64,000 nucleotides of DNA from Paludibacteraceae bacterium (GTDB taxonomy: Bacteria; Bacteroidota; Bacteroidia; Bacteroidales; Paludibacteraceae). Each line of letters starts with the position of its first letter. Position 1 is the stretch's first letter. This document shows positions 9,840-18,470 of the stretch, piece by piece. Under the pieces are notes generated by a model, which worked only from the letters and a program-made list of their open reading frames with translations, made no database searches and was not told the origin of the DNA. The stretch is taken from assembly GCA_017547145.1 (NCBI GenBank), contig JAFYQJ010000017.1, positions 57,936-121,935 on the forward strand, read 5' to 3'. Made by a program: the position numbers and the translations under genes.

Positions 9840-9851
9840 GATGCAAAGGTA
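9833..9851. promoter_or_regulatory. back-to-back -7 promoter boxes (cas9 rightward, tracrRNA leftward)
   Basis: TATCTTTG-atg-CAAAGGTA is a near-perfect palindrome of the Bacteroidetes TAnnTTTG -7 element. It lies 38-56 nt upstream of the cas9 ATG. Confidence 0.5.
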
Positions 9852-9888
9852 GAAATATTTTTTAATTGACAAATAAAAGCGTGTAATT

Positions 9889-12800
9889 ATGGCAAAAATT
9901 TTAGGTCTTGACTTAGGAACAAACTCAATAGGATTAGCATTGAGAAACACCGATAATGGTAATACTTTAACCGAACAATTAGAATTGTTTAGTTCTATAA
10001 TATTCAAATCTGGTGTAGGTACAGACAAATCAGGTGAGTTCTCTTATGCAGCAGAAAGAACAAAGAAACGTTCAGCAAGAAGACTATATCAAGCACGCAA
10101 ATACAGACTTTGGGCAACTCTTGACTTATTGATAAAAGAGGGTTTTTGTCCTTTGTCAATGGAAGATTTAGATAAATGGCGTAGATATGATAAATCAAAA
10201 GGCTTAAAAAGAGAATACCCAATTCACGCAACAGAATTTGAACAATGGATTCGTTTAGATTTTGACGAATATAGTGATTATTCAAGTCCTTATCAGTTGC
10301 GTGCAGAGTTAATGCAAAAACAATTTGACTTCACAAACCAAACCGACAGATATAAATTAGGTAGAGCCTTATATCATATTGCACAACATAGAGGATTCAA
10401 AAGCAGTAAAGGAGAAACAATAAAAGACCTTGAGGATTCAGCAACAGAAACTGATGTTATTGAATTAAAGAAATCCGAAATCAAAAAGTCCGGCAAGTTA
10501 GTTGAATATATGACTAAACACAATTTAGCTACTGTTGGTTGTGCTTTTGCTCAATTAGAAAATGAAGGTGTTAGAATTAAAGCAAGTGAATATCAAGCAG
10601 TACGCTCTCAATATAAAGATGAAATCAAAGCAATATTTGAATTCCAAAACGGATTAGATACCTCATCGAAGTTTTACAAACGTATAACAAGCGAAAAGAA
10701 AGGAGAAGGTACAATTTTCTACAAACGACCTTTACGCTCACAAAAAGGTAATATTGGCAAATGTACCTTAGAGCCAAACAAGGCACGTTGCCCTATTAGC
10801 CACCCAGAGTTTGAAGAATACAGAGCATGGTGTTTTATAAACAATATCAAGTATAGAGAAAACACCAATTCAGATTGGCAAACTTTGTCCTTGAAATTGA
10901 AACAAGAACTCTTTAACGATAAATTCCTAAGGATTAAAAAGAGTTTCGCTTTCCAAGAAATCAGAGAGTGGTTAGAAAAGAAATTGTCTTTAGAGTTAAT
11001 GTGTGATAAGAAAAACGGAACTATCAACTACAAAGACAAAACAAGTGTTTCTTCATGTCCTATATCAGCAAGATTAAAAAACATTTTAGGTAATGATTAC
11101 AAGGAATGGAATCTTCAAACAAAAGCCGAAAGATTAAACAAGGAAACCGGAGAAATACATAATAAAAGTTATGACTATTTAGACCTTTGGCATATTGGTT
11201 TTTCTTTTGATGAATTGGATAATATTGTAGATATTGCAACCAACACCTTGCAATTTGACAACAAACAAACCAACGGATTAGCAAAGTTATCCACAGAGAT
11301 ACAACAAGGTTATGCTAATTTAAGTCTTAAAGCAATTAGAAACATTAGTCGTTTCTTAAAACAAGGCTTTATTTATTCCGATGCAGTTCTTTTAGCAAAA
11401 CTGCCTGATATATTTAAGGACAAATGGGAAGTTGAGAAAGAAACTATTATAGCTGAACTTTCAAATATAATTGAACAAAATCGCATAGAGTCTTGTGTAA
11501 AAAGAATAACTAATGAACTTATTCATATTTACAAATCATTAGACTATGAGGAAAGATTTGCAGAACACGATACTACATATATATTACAAGAGCAAGATTG
11601 TTTAGATATAGATAATGCTATTAAGAAATACTATTCAGAAAATAGAATAGAAATAAAAGATGTATCAGAACAAGAATACGTAAAAGCAGAAGTAACAAAA
11701 GAATATCAAAACTTTTTTAATAGTTCAAAGAGGGATTATTGTAAAATACCTAAACTATCGGAATCATTAGCGAAATATCTATCTGAAAACTATCAATACT
11801 TAAGCACTAAAGACCTAAAAAAGATTTACCACCCTTCAATGATAGATATTTATCCTATGGCTAAAATGGAAGAAGTTGAAGAAGGTAGATACTTAAAACA
11901 ATTAGGCAGTCCTGTTATACCAGCTTTGAAAAACCCAATGGCAATGCGAGTTTTACATACTTTACGTTCTCAAATAAACTCCTTAATCAAAGAAGGCAAA
12001 ATAGATGAACACACTCGCATAGTTGTAGAAACAGCAAGAGAGATAAATGATGCTAATATGCGTTGGGCAATAGAAAAGTATCAAAGAGAAAAAGAAGAAC
12101 AAAACAAGGGTATAGAAAAGAAATTAGAAGAATATGGTTATGATGCGACAGATTACAATATAAGAAAAACAAAGATTTGGTTAGATAATGAGGATATAAT
12201 TAAAGAAGATGGAACAGAAAAACCAAAACAATATAAAATATCAAAAATAGAAAAGGATAATACCTTTAAGCTAAACAAAATAAAATATGAGTTGTGGCAG
12301 GAACAAGGATTTAGATGTATTTATACCGGAGAACTTATTAAACTTTCTGATTTATTAAATGATGACAAAATAGATATAGAACACACTATTCCAAGAAGTA
12401 TATCTTTTGATGATTCTTTGTCAAATCAGACTGTATGCTTTAAGCATTTCAACCGAAATATCAAAAAGAATCAATATCCTACTCAACTAAGTAATTACGA
12501 AGAAATCCTCCAACGCATTAAACCGTGGATTGAAAAGGTTAAGCACTTGGAGGATATGGTGAAGTTTTGGAAAGATAAAGCAGAGGCAACTCAAGATAAA
12601 GAGAGAAAGGGCTATTGTATTCGTCAAAGACACTTATGGCAAATGGAACTTGATTATTGGAAAAAGAAAGTTAGCTATTTCACCGAAGAAGAGTTTTCTC
12701 AATCATACAGAAACAATCAACTAAACGATACAAGAATAATAACTAAATATGCTTTTCATTATTTGAAAACTCTATTCAATAGGGTTGATGTACAAAATGG

Positions 12801-14169
12801 TGCAGCTACTTCTGCTTTAAGAAAAATTGTTGAGGGAGAGGATGCCTATCTAAAGAAAGATAGAAGCAAACACTCACACCATGCAATAGATGCTACTATA
12901 CTAACACTAATTCCTTCTGCAGATAAGAGAAATGAATTATTAGAACGCTATTATAAAAAAGAAGAAGCAGAGAGAATAGAAAAAGGCAGTGAAGTCGCAC
13001 AAATACTTAAAGCTAATTTTGAGAAAGAGAAGACAAAACTTTTACCAAAAGGCGTTTCGGAAGTAAGAGGGTTTATAGAAAGCAATATACTTGTTAATCA
13101 TGTTTCCAAAGACCAAGCCTTAGTACCAGCAAAAAGAAGAAAAAGGGTAAGAGGTAAAATAGTCCCTTTATTAGATTCACAAGGTAAAATTGTGTATGAA
13201 AGAGATGAAGATGGAACTATAAAGAAAGATAAATTTGGTAGACCTATTCCACAAGCAAAACAATGGATTACTGGTGATTGCATTCGAGGACAATTACATA
13301 AAGATTCATTTTTCGGAGCAATCAAGCGGTATAATTCCGATGAAATAACAATGGTAATAAGAGTAAAAATTTCTGACTTAAAAGAAGAAAAATTATTAAA
13401 CGGCATCATTGATGACAATGTAAAATCATCAATCCAAAGAGTCATGAATAAACGTAAAGCAGAAGGCAAAAAATGGGAAGTTGCAATCAATGAACCAATA
13501 TGGATGCTAAATAAAGACGGGGTAGAAATAAAACAAGACAAAAACGGTAGACCTTTATCTCCAATCAGGCACGTGCGTTATAAAGCTAGAGCGGGGAAGG
13601 GGTGTATGACATTTGAGAAAACACTCAAAATAAAAGACCAAACATACAAATCTTCTAAAGAATATAAAAACACATACTATGTTCAAAACGAAGGCAATTA
13701 CCTATGTCTATTGTATGAAGGAATACATAATAGCAAAATTGATCGACAATTTAGACTGATAAATTATTTTGAAGTGGTAAAGTTAAAAATCAAGGATGCA
13801 AACGAATTATGGCAAGAGCCGTATTTCAAAACATTAAGAAATGGAAATAAACAATATAATTTGTCTGCTATCATCAAAGTTGATACAAAAGTTCTTATGT
13901 GGAATAAAACTCCTGATGAGTTATTTGAACTACCAAAAAAAGAATTGTATAAAAGATTATTTGTTGTGGAGAAGTTCAATGAGCCCGGTTCTATATATGT
14001 ATATTTAAAGAACCATCTTGAAGCAAATAAAACAGTTAAGTATCAAACCTCTTTTGATTCAAATTCTTATCAGGGAGCATTAATGTTAACTGCAAATAAT
14101 TTGAATTGTTTGATTGAAGGACGAGATTTTGAAATTACACCTATAGGAGAAATAAAATTCTATGATTAA
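9889..14169 (+). CDS. cas9: Cas9, type II-C (Bacteroidetes large subgroup, 1426 aa)
   Basis: RuvC-I MAKILGLDLGTNSIGLAL. Arg-rich bridge helix KKRSARRLYQARKYR. RuvC-II RIVVETAREI. HNH DIEHTIPRSISFDDSLSNQTVC...NRNIKKN. RuvC-III HSHHAIDATIL. Followed by cas1-cas2 only. Confidence 0.95.
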   Translation: MAKILGLDLGTNSIGLALRNTDNGNTLTEQLELFSSIIFKSGVGTDKSGEFSYAAERTKKRSARRLYQARKYRLWATLDLLIKEGFCPLSMEDLDKWRRYDKSKGLKREYPIHATEFEQWIRLDFDEYSDYSSPYQLRAELMQKQFDFTNQTDRYKLGRALYHIAQHRGFKSSKGETIKDLEDSATETDVIELKKSEIKKSGKLVEYMTKHNLATVGCAFAQLENEGVRIKASEYQAVRSQYKDEIKAIFEFQNGLDTSSKFYKRITSEKKGEGTIFYKRPLRSQKGNIGKCTLEPNKARCPISHPEFEEYRAWCFINNIKYRENTNSDWQTLSLKLKQELFNDKFLRIKKSFAFQEIREWLEKKLSLELMCDKKNGTINYKDKTSVSSCPISARLKNILGNDYKEWNLQTKAERLNKETGEIHNKSYDYLDLWHIGFSFDELDNIVDIATNTLQFDNKQTNGLAKLSTEIQQGYANLSLKAIRNISRFLKQGFIYSDAVLLAKLPDIFKDKWEVEKETIIAELSNIIEQNRIESCVKRITNELIHIYKSLDYEERFAEHDTTYILQEQDCLDIDNAIKKYYSENRIEIKDVSEQEYVKAEVTKEYQNFFNSSKRDYCKIPKLSESLAKYLSENYQYLSTKDLKKIYHPSMIDIYPMAKMEEVEEGRYLKQLGSPVIPALKNPMAMRVLHTLRSQINSLIKEGKIDEHTRIVVETAREINDANMRWAIEKYQREKEEQNKGIEKKLEEYGYDATDYNIRKTKIWLDNEDIIKEDGTEKPKQYKISKIEKDNTFKLNKIKYELWQEQGFRCIYTGELIKLSDLLNDDKIDIEHTIPRSISFDDSLSNQTVCFKHFNRNIKKNQYPTQLSNYEEILQRIKPWIEKVKHLEDMVKFWKDKAEATQDKERKGYCIRQRHLWQMELDYWKKKVSYFTEEEFSQSYRNNQLNDTRIITKYAFHYLKTLFNRVDVQNGAATSALRKIVEGEDAYLKKDRSKHSHHAIDATILTLIPSADKRNELLERYYKKEEAERIEKGSEVAQILKANFEKEKTKLLPKGVSEVRGFIESNILVNHVSKDQALVPAKRRKRVRGKIVPLLDSQGKIVYERDEDGTIKKDKFGRPIPQAKQWITGDCIRGQLHKDSFFGAIKRYNSDEITMVIRVKISDLKEEKLLNGIIDDNVKSSIQRVMNKRKAEGKKWEVAINEPIWMLNKDGVEIKQDKNGRPLSPIRHVRYKARAGKGCMTFEKTLKIKDQTYKSSKEYKNTYYVQNEGNYLCLLYEGIHNSKIDRQFRLINYFEVVKLKIKDANELWQEPYFKTLRNGNKQYNLSAIIKVDTKVLMWNKTPDELFELPKKELYKRLFVVEKFNEPGSIYVYLKNHLEANKTVKYQTSFDSNSYQGALMLTANNLNCLIEGRDFEITPIGEIKFYD

Positions 14170-15097
14170 ACGCACGCTTTATTTCAGTAATCCCGCTTAT
14201 TTGTCTTTAAGGAATCAACAATTAGTAATAAAACTTCCGGAGGTGGAAACAAACGCTTCGCTTCCGGAAAGTTTCAAAGCAGATGCTACAAAGACAATTC
14301 CGATAGAAGACATAGGGATAGTAGTCTTAGACAACAAACAAATAACTATTACACAAGGAGTTTTAGAAGCCTTGTTAGAAAACAATTGTGCAGTTATCAC
14401 TTGTAACGAAAGCCACCTTCCAATTGGTATGCACTTGCCTTTGGTTGGCAACACCACACAAACCGAACGCATGCGTTATCAAATAGAAGCCTCTTTGCCT
14501 TTGAAAAAACAACTATGGCAACAAACCATAATTGCAAAAATACAAAACCAAGCCGCTGTCTTAAAACAAATGAGAGGAACAGAGGTTCGCAATATGCAAA
14601 AGTGGGCAACAGAAGTAAAAAGTGGAGATAGTGACAACCTTGAAGCAAGAGCAGCGGTTTATTATTGGCAAAACGCCTTTCCGATGATAGAAAACTTTAC
14701 ACGTTCAAGAGAGGGAGAGTCACCAAATAACCTTTTAAACTATGGATATGCCATACTAAGAGCAATAGTTGCAAGAGCCTTAGTGTCAAGTGGCTTGCTT
14801 ACAACCTTAGGCATACATCATAGAAACAAATACAACGCCTTTTGTTTGGCAGATGATGTAATGGAGCCTTATCGCCCATACGTTGATAAACTCGTAATGC
14901 AACTCTATGATAAATACCCCGATACACAAGAATTGACAAAAGAACTAAAAGCCGAGCTTTTGCAAATACCTGTATTAGATGTAACGATTAACAACAAACG
15001 AAGCCCATTGATGATTGCAGTTAGCACCACAACCTCTTCTTTGCAAAAGTGTTACGCGGGCGAATTACGCAAAATTATTTATCCAATAATACAATAG
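14162..15097 (+). CDS. cas1: Cas1 (type II)
   Basis: NLLNYGYAILRAIVARALVSSGLLTTLGIHHRNKYNAFCLADDVMEPYRPYVD is a Cas1 signature. It overlaps the cas9 stop by 8 nt. Confidence 0.93.
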   Translation: MIKRTLYFSNPAYLSLRNQQLVIKLPEVETNASLPESFKADATKTIPIEDIGIVVLDNKQITITQGVLEALLENNCAVITCNESHLPIGMHLPLVGNTTQTERMRYQIEASLPLKKQLWQQTIIAKIQNQAAVLKQMRGTEVRNMQKWATEVKSGDSDNLEARAAVYYWQNAFPMIENFTRSREGESPNNLLNYGYAILRAIVARALVSSGLLTTLGIHHRNKYNAFCLADDVMEPYRPYVDKLVMQLYDKYPDTQELTKELKAELLQIPVLDVTINNKRSPLMIAVSTTTSSLQKCYAGELRKIIYPIIQ

Positions 15098-15106
15098 ACT
15101 CTTAAA

Positions 15107-15439
15107 GTGCAACGATTTAGCGAATACAGAATTATGTGGGTGATGGTGTTATTTGATTTGCCAACCGAGACAAAGAAAGACAAGAAAGCTCATGCGAAAT
15201 TCCGTAAGCAATTATTAGAAGACGGATTTACGATGTTTCAGTTTTCTATCTATATACGCCATTGTGCCAGCAAGGAAAACGCTAATGTGCATATCAAAAG
15301 GGTAAAAAACTTATTGCCTGAATATGGAAACGTAGGAATAATCTGCATAACCGATAAACAATTTGGTGAAATAGAACTTTATCATTGTGGAAAGCAACAA
15401 AAAACTCAAACTAGTGGCCAACAACTAGAACTTTTTTAA
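15107..15439 (+). CDS. cas2: Cas2 (type II)
   Basis: [47 protein letters not shown] is a typical Cas2 ferredoxin-fold N-terminus. GTG start at 15107 (an ATG alternative lies at MWVMV). Confidence 0.9.
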   Translation: MQRFSEYRIMWVMVLFDLPTETKKDKKAHAKFRKQLLEDGFTMFQFSIYIRHCASKENANVHIKRVKNLLPEYGNVGIICITDKQFGEIELYHCGKQQKTQTSGQQLELF

Positions 15440-15440
15440 A

Positions 15441-15558
15441 TATAAAAAATAGGTTCTTTCTTGAAAAAAGAACCTATAAATCAGTAACATTTTTAAATCT
15501 GTTTTTTGTTGTAAATGTTTGTCAATAAGCAACTTGTTGAAATCCTGTTGTTACTGAT
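15441..15558 (-). ncRNA. candidate array-terminal transcript (from the promoter inside the cas2-proximal repeat to the minus-strand terminator)
   Basis: Repeat-internal -7 box TATCTTTG (15570->15563) predicts a 5' end AUCAGUAACAAC. Those first 10 nt are exactly complementary to UGUUACUGAU encoded at 15480-15489. The RNA ends at the terminator 15449-15477. Confidence 0.3.
15449..15477 (-). terminator. intrinsic terminator oriented for leftward (minus-strand) transcription
   Basis: 11-bp stem ataggttcttt / aaagaacctat with a 7-nt loop. The U-tract (TTTTT) is present only on the minus-strand side (15448-15441). It lies 10 nt after the cas2 stop. Confidence 0.6.
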
Positions 15559-15748
15559 ATGTCAAAGATACAATTTTGAAAGCAATTCACAACATTTGCT
15601 GAAATTATCAACCTCTTGCGAATGTTGTTACTGATATGTCAAAGATACAATTTTGAAAGCAATTCACAACTCGTCCATCATATCGCTTACGGTCGATCCG
15701 GGTTGTTACTGATATGTCAAAGATACAATTTTGGAGGTAGTTTCACTA
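15547..15748 (-). CRISPR. type II-C CRISPR array: 47-nt repeats x3 (the last half-degenerate), 2 spacers (30 and 31 nt)
   Basis: Repeats GTTGTTACTGATATGTCAAAGATACAATTTTGAAAGCAATTCACAAC at 15547-15593 and 15624-15670. The third copy (15702-15748) is identical for its first 32 nt and then diverges. Spacers are at 15594-15623 and 15671-15701. Minus orientation is inferred from tracrRNA pairing and from the repeat-internal promoter. Confidence 0.9.
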
Positions 15749-15758
15749 TACCTTTTGT

Positions 15759-16730
15759 TTAATTTGCAATTTTTAGTTCTATTCTTTCGCTTGCATCAAA
15801 GTGTTTTTGTTTGATTAGTTTTTGCGAAGATATTTTTTTAAAAGGTTGTTCAGAATGTTTTTCCGAAAATTTGTTTTTCAAAGAGTCTGGTAAAGGATTT
15901 TTTATAGCATCGAAAATGCGTAGAATCGCAATACTATCAAACCATCTATCAGGAGTGCCTTTGATAGAATCATAACAAAGTAGATTACCATAAACAGCTA
16001 TTGGACGAAGTGAGTCTATGTTGTTTACAGTCATTCTGTATCGTCGCACTCTTTCGTCTGGTATCAACATCGCTTCTACTGAATCGACGATATTGTTTGA
16101 ATATTTGACAAACATATTTGCATAAGCACCGTGAAGTGTATCACGTCGAGCTGTGCTTTGTAAAAAATAAAGAATGAATTTGTCTCCTTGTGCAAAATAA
16201 TTACTGTCGGAATATTCAAATGACAAATTGTTGCTTTTTGTGGTAGAATCTGGATGCCAAACGTATTTTTTTGCAGAAGTCCAAATGTTTATTGTATCTA
16301 ATTTTTGTATCTCTATTTGAGTATTTTCGGTAGGGTGATAATGATCATTTTTTACTAACAATTCTTTTGCCTTTAAACTGTCAAGAACTATTTCGTAAAT
16401 CATTTCTAGCCTTTTGTCTTTAGCGTAATAGGCTGCCGATTTTTCAAAGTCAATACGAGTTGTATTGTATTTCTTAAATAAATTGTCGAAGTAAAGGTTT
16501 TTCTTTTGCTCGTCGCGGATAAACATAACATCGAGAGAACTTTCGGTAAGGTAAAGTTCAGTGAGAATATTTACCATTTCTTTCTCTTTGAGCAAACTAA
16601 AATCTCGTTTCTCGCAAGAAAAAAATATTAGAGCAACTAATAGTACTCCAACTATGCTCGATGTTTTTTTATTCAGCACTTTGTTCTGTAGATTTATTTT
16701 TTTTGTTGTTAAAATCAAATGTTTGTTCAA
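15759..16730 (-). CDS. DUF4296-like lipoprotein
   Basis: Lipobox SSIVGVLLVALIFFSC followed by MVNILTELYLTES. It sits next to lspA, as is usual for DUF4296 in Bacteroidetes. The true start may be the GTG at 16679. Confidence 0.55.
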   Translation of the reverse strand: MNKHLILTTKKINLQNKVLNKKTSSIVGVLLVALIFFSCEKRDFSLLKEKEMVNILTELYLTESSLDVMFIRDEQKKNLYFDNLFKKYNTTRIDFEKSAAYYAKDKRLEMIYEIVLDSLKAKELLVKNDHYHPTENTQIEIQKLDTINIWTSAKKYVWHPDSTTKSNNLSFEYSDSNYFAQGDKFILYFLQSTARRDTLHGAYANMFVKYSNNIVDSVEAMLIPDERVRRYRMTVNNIDSLRPIAVYGNLLCYDSIKGTPDRWFDSIAILRIFDAIKNPLPDSLKNKFSEKHSEQPFKKISSQKLIKQKHFDASERIELKIAN

Positions 16731-17304
16731 AATCTTTTCTGAAAAACAAAATCAGAACAACCATTCCGACGGTAATGGCAGAGTCGGCAATATTAAAAAT
16801 TGGGCTAAAAAACGTTTCTCCTCCAAGCAAAGGCATCCAATCGGGGAATTCAAAAAGAGGGAAATAAAGCATATCTACCACTTTCCCTTGAAAAAATGGA
16901 GCATATCCATTAGTTAGTGTAAATTCTGCTACTTGAAAAGGAGTACTTTCTGTAAAAATTATACCATAAAATAAACAGTCGATAACATTGCCAATGGCCC
17001 CAGCTAATATTGTCGACAAACAAATGATATAGCTCAATTTGTAATCTTTTTTAAGCAGTTGAATTAAGTAATAAATAATTACGCCAATAAGAATGATTCG
17101 AAACGATGTTAAAAGTAGTTTGCTACCAATAGTCATTCCAAATGCCATTCCCGGATTTTCTATAAAATAGATTTGAAACCACTCAAAAATTTTTATACTT
17201 CCTACGTCGCCAATCAGCATATTAGTTTTAACCAAAATTTTAGTGATTTGGTCTATCAATAGAATGCTAACAACGAACAATGTCGCTTTTAGTTTCTTAC
17301 TCAT
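16669..17304 (-). CDS. lspA: lipoprotein signal peptidase II
   Basis: NPGMAFG and FNIADSAI motifs, four TM segments. Confidence 0.9.
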   Translation of the reverse strand: MSKKLKATLFVVSILLIDQITKILVKTNMLIGDVGSIKIFEWFQIYFIENPGMAFGMTIGSKLLLTSFRIILIGVIIYYLIQLLKKDYKLSYIICLSTILAGAIGNVIDCLFYGIIFTESTPFQVAEFTLTNGYAPFFQGKVVDMLYFPLFEFPDWMPLLGGETFFSPIFNIADSAITVGMVVLILFFRKDFEQTFDFNNKKNKSTEQSAE

Positions 17305-17310
17305 TTTTGT

Positions 17311-17688
17311 TTATTTACGTTTTTCTTTGGCTTCGATGCTCAATGTTGCATGTGGTACAGCACGCAATCGTTCTTTGGGTATAAGTTTTCCCGTTTCACG
17401 ACAAACTCCATACGTTTTGTTTGCAATGCGAACTAACGCAGCTTGAAGATGTTGAATGAATTTTGCTTGACGTTGTGCTAGTTGCCCTATTTCTTCTTTC
17501 GATAGGGTATTAGCGCCTTCTTCTAAAACTTTAAAAGTAGGTGATGTGTCCGAAACGTCGTTGCCCTCGTCGTTTGTAATTGCAGAACGCAATTCGTCGT
17601 AATATTTTTGTGCAGCATCTAGTTTTTCTTGTATCAATTGACGAAATTCTTCTAATTCCACATCGGAATATCTAGTTTTTTCTTGCAT
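17311..17688 (-). CDS. DksA/TraR-family C4 zinc-finger protein
   Basis: Coiled-coil N-terminus and a C-terminal YGVCRETGKLIPKERLRAVPHATLSIEAK. Confidence 0.8.
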   Translation of the reverse strand: MQEKTRYSDVELEEFRQLIQEKLDAAQKYYDELRSAITNDEGNDVSDTSPTFKVLEEGANTLSKEEIGQLAQRQAKFIQHLQAALVRIANKTYGVCRETGKLIPKERLRAVPHATLSIEAKEKRK

Positions 17689-17708
17689 AACTATTTTAAT
17701 TTAAGTGA

Positions 17709-18470
17709 TTAAAAATTATGATGTACGTTTTTTATTTTCTTATATAAATCGGAGGCAAATACAAAGTCGTTAAGATTTTGGTTGTTGCAATCAAATATTT
17801 CGTCTTTGCTTCCTTGCCACTCTTTTTTCCCCTCGTGAATAAAAATTATATTATCGCCAATACCCATAACAGAATTCATATCGTGTGTATTGATGATCGT
17901 TGTAATGTCAAATTCTTGCGTGATTTCTTTTATCAATTGGTCGATAACTAAGGAAGTTTGTGGATCAAGTCCTGAATTTGGCTCGTCGCAAAAAAGGTAT
18001 TTCGGATTGAGCGATATGGAACGAGCTATTGCTGCTCGTTTTTGCATACCACCACTTATTTCCGAAGGATATTTGTTTTTTGCTTCGGTGAGGTTTACGC
18101 GATTGATGCAGAAGTTTGCACGGTCTATCATCTCTTTTTTTGTCATCGAAGAAAACATCTCTAAAGGGAATATTACGTTTTCGAAAACGGTAAGTGAATC
18201 GAATAGGGCAGAACCTTGAAAAAGCATTCCAACTTCTTTGCGTAGTTCTTTGATGTCTTTAAATCGCATTTTTGTTAAATCGCGATTGTCGTATAAAATT
18301 TCGCCACTATCTACTTGATGCAATCCTATTATGCTTTTCATTAAAACTGTTTTACCAGATCCACTTCTTCCTATAATTAGGTTAGTTTTTCCGTTTTCAA
18401 ATACAGCAGAAATGTTCTTTAGAACTTGCTTGTCGTCAAACGATTTGTTCAAATTACGTACCTCTATCAT
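17709..18470 (-). CDS. ABC transporter ATP-binding protein (MlaF-like)
   Basis: Walker A GRSGSGKT, signature ISGGMQKRAAIARS, Walker B LFCDEPNSGLD. Confidence 0.9.
   Translation of the reverse strand: MIEVRNLNKSFDDKQVLKNISAVFENGKTNLIIGRSGSGKTVLMKSIIGLHQVDSGEILYDNRDLTKMRFKDIKELRKEVGMLFQGSALFDSLTVFENVIFPLEMFSSMTKKEMIDRANFCINRVNLTEAKNKYPSEISGGMQKRAAIARSISLNPKYLFCDEPNSGLDPQTSLVIDQLIKEITQEFDITTIINTHDMNSVMGIGDNIIFIHEGKKEWQGSKDEIFDCNNQNLNDFVFASDLYKKIKNVHHNF

Noticed and set aside
15508-15533. GTTGTAAATGTTTGTCAATAAGCAAC between cas2 and the array as the tracrRNA anti-repeat
   Set aside because: Its complementarity to the repeat is only about 9 bp plus scattered pairs. That is far weaker than the ~25-bp anti-repeat at 9810-9843, which also has a promoter, a nexus-like hairpin and a terminator. 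It is kept only as part of the array-terminal transcript finding.
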